Source of the DNA: Candidatus Saccharimonadota bacterium
Lineage (GTDB): Bacteria > Patescibacteriota > Saccharimonadia > Saccharimonadales > JAGQMS01
Length of the DNA: 40,410 bases
Reading direction: 5' to 3'
Assembly: GCA_043719125.1 (NCBI GenBank)
Contig: JAYSUL010000024.1
Span: 1 to 40,410 of the forward strand
The notes under the pieces were generated by a model. The model saw nothing but the letters and a program-made list of their open reading frames with translations. It searched no databases and had not been told where the DNA came from. The translations under genes and the position numbers were made by a program. Below are positions 17,942 through 25,636 of the stretch, piece after piece. Each line of letters opens with the position of its first letter. Positions within the stretch are counted from its first letter, which is position 1.

Positions 17942-18788
17942 AGCATCTGAGTTTAGGCGCACCCTAGTTGCCCTAAAGCGCTTTCTGGTTATTGTGCCGG
18001 GAATTGTTTTGTTTGTGTTTTCTTTTTTCTTTTTCTTTCCTTCGCTCAATAGACGACTACCCGCAAGCCTGGCGGTATTTATTGTCTATATTGGCACGGC
18101 CTACATTATTATCCCGTTATTTTTTAGAGTGTATAACATTTTCAGACCACCAGTACATATCCCTAGATACTGCGTGACACCAGATGGACTGGCGTGCGAT
18201 CCAGTCAATATAGCAATTAGCGGAACACGGCAGGAGCTGATGGAAGCAATGAGTGTTGCTGGGTGGCATAAAGCTGACAGCAGGTCTCTTCGTTCGATAG
18301 TCAAAATGGGGCTGAGTATTTTACTCAACCACGCCTATCCGAACGCCCCGTTCTCGACACTATACCTCTTCGGAAGAGGCCAGGATATTGGCTTTCAGAA
18401 ACCACTCGGAACTAGCAAGTCTAGCTCCAGAAGGCACCATGTGCGATTTTGGGCGTGTATCCCTGCGATGATGGAAGGTAAACACCTTGAAGATGCCGGC
18501 TTCTGGGAAAAACTCTATCCCGAAACAGATAAAGGCGAAGTACTTTGGGTCGGATGCGCATCGAGGGACGTCGGTATCGTACCGATCAAACACAACTTCC
18601 AGCTCACTCACCGGGTTAGTAAAGATACAGACGACGAGCGAGAAATTATCGTCAAGGATCTCAAGAAAACCAGCCTAGTAGAGGAGGTGCGCTATATCAA
18701 ATCCGGTGAACCCTTAGTGCTCAAAAATCGAGCGCTAAGTAGTAGCCTATCCACCGACGGCACGCTTGCTGTCGTCGACCTAAAGTAA
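17931..18788 (+). CDS. LssY C-terminal domain membrane protein
   Basis: 285 aa with two N-terminal TMs, then DPVNIAISGTRQELMEAMSVAGWHKAD ... LYLFGRGQDIGFQ ... RHHVRFW, as in the LssY_C domain. Confidence 0.6.
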   Translation: MRNKASEFRRTLVALKRFLVIVPGIVLFVFSFFFFFPSLNRRLPASLAVFIVYIGTAYIIIPLFFRVYNIFRPPVHIPRYCVTPDGLACDPVNIAISGTRQELMEAMSVAGWHKADSRSLRSIVKMGLSILLNHAYPNAPFSTLYLFGRGQDIGFQKPLGTSKSSSRRHHVRFWACIPAMMEGKHLEDAGFWEKLYPETDKGEVLWVGCASRDVGIVPIKHNFQLTHRVSKDTDDEREIIVKDLKKTSLVEEVRYIKSGEPLVLKNRALSSSLSTDGTLAVVDLK

Positions 18789-18792
18789 ACAC

Positions 18793-18818
18793 AATTCTAG
18801 CACTATTGTGCTAGAATT
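18793..18818. promoter_or_regulatory. Perfect 11-bp inverted repeat (operator or terminator) at the start of the XRE-HAD gene
   Basis: aattctagcac-tatt-gtgctagaatt. It begins 5 nt after the LssY_C stop and overlaps the upstream GTG of the XRE-HAD ORF. Confidence 0.5.
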
Positions 18819-18825
18819 TAGACAT

Positions 18826-19719
18826 ATGAACGATGGTGGGGACACTATATCTTCGGTGTTTGATGAAAGAGCTCTTGGTAGCGCTATTCAATTGGCACGA
18901 AAAAACGCAGGTCTGACCCAACAGCAACTCTGCGAACATCTTGATATCTCCTATTCTGCCCTAACAAAGATCGAGCGCGGAGCAATAAAAGCTCCCAGTG
19001 TTTTCACCGTTGCGCAGATAGCAAAGGTCTGTGGGACATCGATCGAAGCCCTACTCGGATTAGCCGAAGCTCCGAGTAATATTCGACAAGCGACCTCTTT
19101 GAAGGCTTTCTCCAAAGCCAAAAATGGTATCGAATTTATCTACTTTGATATAAACGGCTGTATGGTGCGTTTCTTCCAGCGTGCATTTTCAGAGTTATCA
19201 CACGCAACTGGTGCAAGCTCAGAACTAATAGAGGATGCCTTCTGGCACTATAATGACGCCGTTTGTCGTGGCGAGATGTCGATGGACGAATTCAACGCAG
19301 CACTCGCAAGCAGAATCGGCCTATCAGCCATTGACTGGAAGACATACTATCTCCGTAACGTTGACCCGATCATGGAAATGCACGAGTGTGCGGTGTGGGC
19401 GAGCGAGCACTTTAAGGTAGGTTTACTGAGCAACATCATGCCAGGCTTCATCGACAGCATGATAAGCGACGGACTACTACCAAACCTACCCTACCAGTGT
19501 GTGATCGACAGCTCCGTCGTGGGAGCAATCAAGCCCGAGCCTCGTATCTACGAAATTGCTACCGAGCGTGCCGGTGTAGACAAAAGAGATATCCTACTAG
19601 TCGACGATTCCAGAACCAATCTGATGGCAGCTGAAAAAATGGGTTGGCACGTCCTATGGTTTGATGACTTCCGACCAACTGACTCCGTGGCACGCATTCA
19701 TTCAGCACTAGAACTTTAA
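18826..19719 (+). CDS. Fusion protein: XRE-family HTH domain plus HAD-IA hydrolase domain
   Basis: N-terminal LGSAIQLARKNAGLTQQQLCEHLDISYSALTKIERG (the region from QQLCEHLD to KIERG forms the HTH_3 motif). C-terminal FIYFDINGCMV (DxD-type motif I), GLLSN, KPEPRIYE and LLVDDS. Start is ATG at 18826 or GTG at 18808. Confidence 0.8.
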   Translation: MNDGGDTISSVFDERALGSAIQLARKNAGLTQQQLCEHLDISYSALTKIERGAIKAPSVFTVAQIAKVCGTSIEALLGLAEAPSNIRQATSLKAFSKAKNGIEFIYFDINGCMVRFFQRAFSELSHATGASSELIEDAFWHYNDAVCRGEMSMDEFNAALASRIGLSAIDWKTYYLRNVDPIMEMHECAVWASEHFKVGLLSNIMPGFIDSMISDGLLPNLPYQCVIDSSVVGAIKPEPRIYEIATERAGVDKRDILLVDDSRTNLMAAEKMGWHVLWFDDFRPTDSVARIHSALEL

Positions 19720-19756
19720 ACAGTGCTTTCTGGGAGAGATGGTACGCCCCTGATCT

Positions 19757-22396
19757 CTACGAAAAGGTGCGTATTTCTTGCTCAAGCTTTGCCAACAATG
19801 TTTTTTCTTCGACTAGCTGTTCACGGGTTTGCTCGACGACAGACTTGGGGGCTTTTTTTACATACTCTTTGGAGCTCAGACGAGCCTCTAGACGCATAAT
19901 TGACGCTGATTTGGTCTCTATATCAGCTTTTAGCTTATCGGTATATTGACGAGCTGTGTGCGTATCGATATCAAGCCAACAGTCATAGGTTGTACTCGTG
20001 AGGTGCATCCCCTGCCCTGATTCTACTTGCTTGACACCTGCAAGCCTCGCGAGCTTAGTAATAAGCGGAGCATTTTTACCGAGGAATTCAGCATCACGAT
20101 AATAGAGCGAGCACTTCTGTACACCGAGTCTAGATGTGATGAATCTGACCTCAGTCACCACAGTTTTAATAGACTCAAATTCCTCATAAAGCTTCTTATC
20201 AGTTTTGTATGTATCGGGGGTAGGCCATGGCTGAGCTATAAGCATTTCGGTTCCCGTAACATCGAGTGTCTGCCAGATCGTCTCTGTAACAAATGGTGCA
20301 AATGGGTGAAGTAGACGCAGAACACTATCCAGCACATACGCTAGTACCGTTGGGTTTTGCTCGCTCTTTGATGCCTCGATATACCAGTCGGCAACATCGT
20401 CCCATACAAAGTGATAGAGTCCATCGAATGCCTCAGAGAATCTCAAAGCTTCAAGATGTTCGGCCGTCTCTTTTGTGATCGTTTGTAGCTTAGTAATCAC
20501 CCAATGATCTACCGATGTCTGACACTTGAGCGTCGTGTAATCAACTCGCAGGTCTCCGAGAACTAATTCGGTATAGCGGGCAATGTTCCAAAGCTTGTTT
20601 GCAAAGTTGCGCGTCGCTTCGATCTTTGGTGTTGACCAGCTCATATCGTTACCAGGAGCAGTCCCCCAGATGATCGCCATACGTAGTGCGTCGGTACCGT
20701 ACTTTTTGATCATGTCGAGTGGATCGATGATGCTTTCCGGGCGACTCTTACTCATTTTTTTGCCGTCTTCGGCCTTCATCATACCGTGGAGGTATACTCG
20801 TTTGAATGGTATTTGCCCAGTCATAAATGTTGTCGCGAGAATCATACGAGCAATCCAGAAAAAGATAATGTCTCTTCCCGACTCCATTACTTGAGTTGGA
20901 TGATACGTCTGAAAATCAGGTGATTGCTTGAGTAGGTCTTGCATAGAAAGTGAAAAGTCAGCGGCTTTCTCTTGGTCGATCAGCGTGCTCCACGTCCAAA
21001 GTGCGCTCGAAAACCACGTATCAAGCGTGTCGGGATCTTGCGCCCATTCATTCCAGCCGTCAGAGTCATCGACAGGGGTTTGCGTACCAACGAACGTTTC
21101 ATCTCGCCCATCTGTATGACTTCGGTACCATACTGGCACCCTATGACCCCACCAGATTTGACGAGTAATACACCAGTCGCGGAGGTTATCGATCCACTGA
21201 TAGTATGTTTTTTCAAACCTCTCTGGCACAATTGTCGTATCGCCGGAGGAGACAACATCTTTCATAACCTGTTTGAGGCTGAGTTTTTTGCCTTTCCAGT
21301 CGACCACTTCTTTATTAACATCAACAAACCACTGTAAACGGATCTGAGGCTCAATCTTTCCCCTACCCCGCTCATTGATCGCGACGTTATGTATGTAGTT
21401 AGTTTCTTCCTTCACAACAAGGCCTTTTTCTCGGAGTTTTTTGACTATTCGCTCTCTCGCAACATCAATATGGATTCCCTCAAACTCGCCAGCTATCGGT
21501 AGCAAAACTCCGTGAAAATCAATGATCTGTTCTTTGTCTAGATTGTGCCGTTCAGCAATCTCAAAGTCAGTATGATCGTGCCATGGAGTTATAGTCATCA
21601 CACCGGTACCAAAGGCCATGTCTATAGCATCGTCTTTGATCACCGTCGCTTCAACCGAGCCATTAATCCATTCGGCTATGAACGTATCTCCATGTTTGTA
21701 GTCCTTGTAACGCTCATCATCTGGATGCATAACGACATATTTGTCACCAAACTTAGTCTCAGGGCGAGCTGTCGCTATCTGAAAAGGACCATACTGAAAC
21801 GTATAAAATGTTGTCGTTTCCTCAACATGTTGCATCTCATCGTCCGATACATTGGTTTCGAGATTTGGATCCCAATTTACGATACGATGACCTCTGTAAA
21901 TTAGCCCAGCATCATACATCGCAGTAAACGTTTCATTAACACAGCGATTAAGCGCATCGTCGAGCGTGTAGCGTAGTCTTGACCAGTCGGCGCTAAAGCC
22001 CATCTGACGCATTTGTCCGAGCATATTTTCGCGGCTACTACCGACAAACTCTCTGGTCCTTCGCAGGAACTCTTCCCTACCGATTTCGTGTTTGTTAGTT
22101 CCCTCTTTAGCGAGTGTTTGTTCGATCACAGCATTCACAGCAAGTGCGGCATGGTCAGTCCCTGGTAGCCATAGCACATCCCTTCCCTGTTGTCGTGCGT
22201 GCCGAGCCATAATATCCTGCAGTGTATATAGCGCATGGCCAAGGCTCAGTACCCCCGTTTCATTAGGTGGTGGCATAGATATAGTAAATCGTTCCTTTTT
22301 GGAGTTTGGATCAGCAAAAAACGCTCCGCTCTTTTCCCACATGGCGTAAATATCGTTTTCGTATTGTTCTGGCTCGTAAGCCTTTGATAGTTTCAT
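19757..22396 (-). CDS. valS: Valine--tRNA ligase
   Basis: 879 aa with PPPNETGVLSLGHAL (HIGH region), an editing domain, KMSKS and a C-terminal coiled coil. Confidence 0.96.
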   Translation of the reverse strand: MKLSKAYEPEQYENDIYAMWEKSGAFFADPNSKKERFTISMPPPNETGVLSLGHALYTLQDIMARHARQQGRDVLWLPGTDHAALAVNAVIEQTLAKEGTNKHEIGREEFLRRTREFVGSSRENMLGQMRQMGFSADWSRLRYTLDDALNRCVNETFTAMYDAGLIYRGHRIVNWDPNLETNVSDDEMQHVEETTTFYTFQYGPFQIATARPETKFGDKYVVMHPDDERYKDYKHGDTFIAEWINGSVEATVIKDDAIDMAFGTGVMTITPWHDHTDFEIAERHNLDKEQIIDFHGVLLPIAGEFEGIHIDVARERIVKKLREKGLVVKEETNYIHNVAINERGRGKIEPQIRLQWFVDVNKEVVDWKGKKLSLKQVMKDVVSSGDTTIVPERFEKTYYQWIDNLRDWCITRQIWWGHRVPVWYRSHTDGRDETFVGTQTPVDDSDGWNEWAQDPDTLDTWFSSALWTWSTLIDQEKAADFSLSMQDLLKQSPDFQTYHPTQVMESGRDIIFFWIARMILATTFMTGQIPFKRVYLHGMMKAEDGKKMSKSRPESIIDPLDMIKKYGTDALRMAIIWGTAPGNDMSWSTPKIEATRNFANKLWNIARYTELVLGDLRVDYTTLKCQTSVDHWVITKLQTITKETAEHLEALRFSEAFDGLYHFVWDDVADWYIEASKSEQNPTVLAYVLDSVLRLLHPFAPFVTETIWQTLDVTGTEMLIAQPWPTPDTYKTDKKLYEEFESIKTVVTEVRFITSRLGVQKCSLYYRDAEFLGKNAPLITKLARLAGVKQVESGQGMHLTSTTYDCWLDIDTHTARQYTDKLKADIETKSASIMRLEARLSSKEYVKKAPKSVVEQTREQLVEEKTLLAKLEQEIRTFS

Positions 22397-22440
22397 CAGT
22401 AATTCCTTATACGTTCATTGGTAGATAAAAAGTGGTGATT

Positions 22441-22462
22441 AAAAAATATGTCCCTCAGGGAC
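22441..22462 (-). terminator. Short hairpin plus U-run 45 nt upstream of the valS ATG (attenuator or tsaD terminator)
   Basis: On the minus strand: gtccc-tga-gggac followed by atatttttt. Confidence 0.4.
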
Positions 22463-22590
22463 CTGCCTCGACACGCTACCTCTACCAATGTAAATCATAT
22501 GGTTATTCTACCACTGTTATGCCAACAATACTAGGTCGTATGCTTGCTCGTCCTATTTACAGAGCCAATTTTTCAGGTAAGTTACCAAAC

Positions 22591-22602
22591 TTTCACGTGA
22601 AA
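22591..22602. promoter_or_regulatory. Palindromic box TTTCACGTGAAA (copy 1)
   Basis: Perfect 12-nt palindrome in the tsaD-valS spacer. Confidence 0.45.
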
Positions 22603-22621
22603 CATAAGCAAACAACATCAA

Positions 22622-22641
22622 GAGTTTTCACGTGAAAACTC
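22622..22641. promoter_or_regulatory. Palindromic box GAGTTTTCACGTGAAAACTC (copy 2)
   Basis: Perfect 20-nt palindrome sharing the TTTCACGTGAAA core. Its centre lies 35 bp from copy 1. Confidence 0.5.
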
Positions 22642-22779
22642 CCCATTTCATGTGCCCAGATTTTCTCTTTTGTTTGCAATGATCCGCTCGGTTGGCTGGT
22701 CGAGCAATACCCACATTTTTGTTTTCACCGCTTATTATACTAAGCGCAACCACTGTTATCAAGTCTTTTATTTAGATAG

Positions 22780-23871
22780 CTACATCTGTAGGGAAGGGGC
22801 TATCTCTAGGGATAGCGGATCTGATGGAACTGCACCAAGTGACATTTTGAAACACCCCAAAGATGCGATCATAGCGCCGTTGTCAGTACATAGTTTCGGA
22901 TCAGTGTATATGGGCGCTATCGGCAGTGCCTCGCTCAACTGCTTGCGAAGCTCTTGGCTAGACGCGACTCCGCCTGCAATAATGACATCTTTTGGCTTAT
23001 ATTGCTCATAAGCAAGTACGGCTTTGCTGACGATAGACGCTACAGCAACTCGCTGAAAGACTGCTGCGATATCATTTACCTGACTCTCGGTGAGTAGGGA
23101 AGGAAGCTCCTTGGAATTTGTCGTGTGATCTCGCCCACAGAGCATTTGCGCCTTACGCAGAACAGCTGTTTTTAGACCCGAAAAGCTCGTATCGTAGACG
23201 CTTTCCATCTTTGGTGTTGGCAACTCAAAGGCAAAAGGATCACCGAGACTCGCGGCATGTGCCACAGCGGGCCCGCCAGGAGGGCAGGGTAGCCCGGTCA
23301 TCTTTGCGACTTTGTCAAATGCCTCACCGATGGCATCATCATGAGTTTTGCCTAAGATCGTATAGGTAAAGTGGTCGGTAAATAGTGCTATGTGACAATG
23401 CTTTCCGGATACTACAAGTGCAAGTAGCGGAAATTCAGGTTGTCTCGCTGGCAACGTATAGCCATCAAGTGTTGTCGCCGTAATCATATTGGCATACACA
23501 TGTCCGAGGACGTGGCTTACCCCATATAACGGCTTTTGCTTCACGACAGCCAGAGTATTTGCGGTCAACGTGCCGATGAGCAGTGCGCCTCCGAGTCCAG
23601 CACCATACGTAACAGCAATACCGTCTATTTCGTCCCAGGCTTTATCAATCTTGTCCGTACCAAAAGCTGTGGAGAGGGAATCTTCAAGGGTAGGGAGTAT
23701 CGCTTCGATATGACTCCGTGCCGCTATCTCTGGCACCACACCACCGTAAGCTTTATGTATGTCAACCTGGCTAATAATAGTATTGCTTAACATGTTAACT
23801 ACACCATCATTGAGTTCACATACACTCACCGCTGTTTCGTCACAGCTAGTTTCTATCCCTAAAATTCGCAT
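22780..23871 (-). CDS. tsaD: tRNA N6-adenosine threonylcarbamoyltransferase
   Basis: MRILGIETSCDETAVSV start at 23871; the ORF extends to 23913. HxxxH context (VSHVLGHVY) and a C-terminal DNGAMIA motif. Confidence 0.93.
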   Translation of the reverse strand: MRILGIETSCDETAVSVCELNDGVVNMLSNTIISQVDIHKAYGGVVPEIAARSHIEAILPTLEDSLSTAFGTDKIDKAWDEIDGIAVTYGAGLGGALLIGTLTANTLAVVKQKPLYGVSHVLGHVYANMITATTLDGYTLPARQPEFPLLALVVSGKHCHIALFTDHFTYTILGKTHDDAIGEAFDKVAKMTGLPCPPGGPAVAHAASLGDPFAFELPTPKMESVYDTSFSGLKTAVLRKAQMLCGRDHTTNSKELPSLLTESQVNDIAAVFQRVAVASIVSKAVLAYEQYKPKDVIIAGGVASSQELRKQLSEALPIAPIYTDPKLCTDNGAMIASLGCFKMSLGAVPSDPLSLEIAPSLQM

Positions 23872-23984
23872 ACCAACAGTGTACCAGATCAACAGGGGAG
23901 TGACCCTTGACAAACCACAAGCTTTTTGTTACTCTCATCTCAAGATCCAACAATAAAAAAACGTTAAAAACAAAAGAGGTATAT

Positions 23985-25634
23985 ATGGGCCAAGAACGAG
24001 TCAATGACCGACAGGCAGTTATAGATGCAGCTATCGATAAGTATTTAACATACGTTGCGCCTGCAGACAGGGCTAGGACAGAAGAATTTCTTCGAGGTAA
24101 ATTTCTAGATAGCAATAACGAAACCGTAACTGCAGATACGGCACTAGCAGAAATTCAACAATGGAGTGGCACACAACTTCCTGGTACCATGACTAATGAA
24201 CAAAAAGCAGATGCGGTTAAAGCGATATCAAATGCCGCAAGCAATGCTCATAGCGTAGCAGCCTCTTTTGACACTGAAGCATATGGTGAATACATTGCTG
24301 GGAGGAGTGCACAAATCGAAGCGGACAAGGCAGCGCAAGAAGACCAAGAACGAGTCAATGACCGACAGGTAGTTATTGATGCAGCTATCGATAAGTATTT
24401 AACATACGTTGCGCCCGCAGACAAGGCAGAGGCAGAGGAATCTCTTCGAGCACAATTTGCAGATAGCAGTAACGAAACCAGAACTGCAGGTACGGCACTG
24501 GCAGAAATTCAGTCATGGAGTGGCACACAACTTCCTGATACCATGACCAGTGAACAAAAAACAGATGCGATTAAAGCGATATCAAATGCCGCAAGCAATG
24601 CTCATAGCGTAGCCACTTTTGACACCGCAGCATATGGTGAATACGCTGCCGGGATGAGCACTAGAATCGCAGCGGACAAGGCAGCGCAGATACTAGAGGA
24701 TAAAAACACTACTAAAATGATGATTTCTAACGAGCAATCACAAGGTAAAGATTTAGACGGTGATGGCAAAGTCGGATACGTCAAACTTGCCGACTTCGAG
24801 AAAAAAGACGTAAAGGGTGCATTTGACAAAAAACAGGCCGAACTACAAGCAGCAATCCAACAGGACGGTCCCGACTCAGGTGCACTTGCGCAATATAACC
24901 AGTCAGTCAAAGATGAGTCTAACGTCAAAAAAGCTGTCGTTGCAGTCGAAACAAAGATAGAGGACAACAAAGCTCCCGGTGCGTGGGCAGGAGTTCCAAA
25001 ATCAATCGCTCAGGCTGAGCAGAGAGATACTAACTCTCAGCTTCAGCAGGAAAAAGCAAAGGTTCAGGAATTCGGGGTAGCGGTCGCAGGCATGACTCCG
25101 GCCGAGCGCGAAGACCTGAATAAGTTCTTTACTATGGCAAAAGATGACCCAGAAGGCACAAAAAAATTCGTACAGTCCGCTCAGGCTAAGGAGAAGCAAG
25201 TTGCATTAGTTGACGAACAGATCAAAGCAAACACAGTCGCTTCCTTTGGAAATGCAGTACCTAAGGGTGTTGCTCAAGCAGAGCAGAGAGACGCAAATGC
25301 CCAGCTACAACAGGAGAAAGCGGCAATTGTAGCAGCGCCACTTAACCCAGATGTAAATCCTGCGTACGTATCGTCGATGAATCCCACCGGTAGCATACAA
25401 AAGGACAAGGAGCTAAAAGCATTCTTTGCGGGCGTTAAGAAAGAAGAAGATGCAAAGAAAGCGGCTGCTCAGGTGCAGGCACAGGCCGATAAGGAAGAAC
25501 AGCAGTGGCTCGCCAGTAAAAAAGCGGCACCTCCCAAGAAACCAAGTGGCGGAACAACTGCGATTACAAACAACGACCCGATGCCATATCCACCAGCAAA
25601 GCCTGCTTCTACGATCAAAATGAAATATATGTAG
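23985..25634 (+). CDS. Large repeat-containing hypothetical protein
   Basis: ATG at 23985 after agagg, 549 aa. No signal peptide or TM. Two 118-aa tandem repeats, a DGDGKV Ca-binding-like motif, two shorter AQAEQRD(T/A)N(S/A)QLQQEKA repeats and a Pro-rich C-terminus. Confidence 0.75.
   Translation: MGQERVNDRQAVIDAAIDKYLTYVAPADRARTEEFLRGKFLDSNNETVTADTALAEIQQWSGTQLPGTMTNEQKADAVKAISNAASNAHSVAASFDTEAYGEYIAGRSAQIEADKAAQEDQERVNDRQVVIDAAIDKYLTYVAPADKAEAEESLRAQFADSSNETRTAGTALAEIQSWSGTQLPDTMTSEQKTDAIKAISNAASNAHSVATFDTAAYGEYAAGMSTRIAADKAAQILEDKNTTKMMISNEQSQGKDLDGDGKVGYVKLADFEKKDVKGAFDKKQAELQAAIQQDGPDSGALAQYNQSVKDESNVKKAVVAVETKIEDNKAPGAWAGVPKSIAQAEQRDTNSQLQQEKAKVQEFGVAVAGMTPAEREDLNKFFTMAKDDPEGTKKFVQSAQAKEKQVALVDEQIKANTVASFGNAVPKGVAQAEQRDANAQLQQEKAAIVAAPLNPDVNPAYVSSMNPTGSIQKDKELKAFFAGVKKEEDAKKAAAQVQAQADKEEQQWLASKKAAPPKKPSGGTTAITNNDPMPYPPAKPASTIKMKYM
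23988..24692 (+). repeat. In-frame tandem duplication, period 354 bp, two copies
   Basis: caagaacgagtcaatgaccgacagg occurs at 23991 and 24345. The copies (23988-24341 and 24342-24692) are near-identical by eye, with scattered substitutions of all types and one codon deleted. Confidence 0.9.
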
Positions 25635-25636
25635 GA

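Noticed and set aside
22397-22779. A canonical T-box riboswitch upstream of valS, and likewise upstream of argS at 7657-7844.
   Set aside because: Only fragments resembling T-box elements (TGGTA, GGTGAAA) are present. The conserved AGGGTGGTACCGCG-type block and a clear specifier loop were not found. These regions are kept only as generic leader candidates.
22432-23011. ORFs 22432-22635 and 22652-23011 in or next to the tsaD-valS spacer, and ORF 7631-7876 upstream of argS.
   Set aside because: There is no SD, the composition is odd, and they overlap better-supported genes or palindromic and structured DNA.
23988-24692. A diversity-generating retroelement (template and variable repeat pair) as the explanation for the two 354-bp repeats.
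   Set aside because: Differences between the copies involve all base types rather than being confined to adenines. The repeats are in-frame, adjacent parts of one ORF, and no reverse transcriptase is present.
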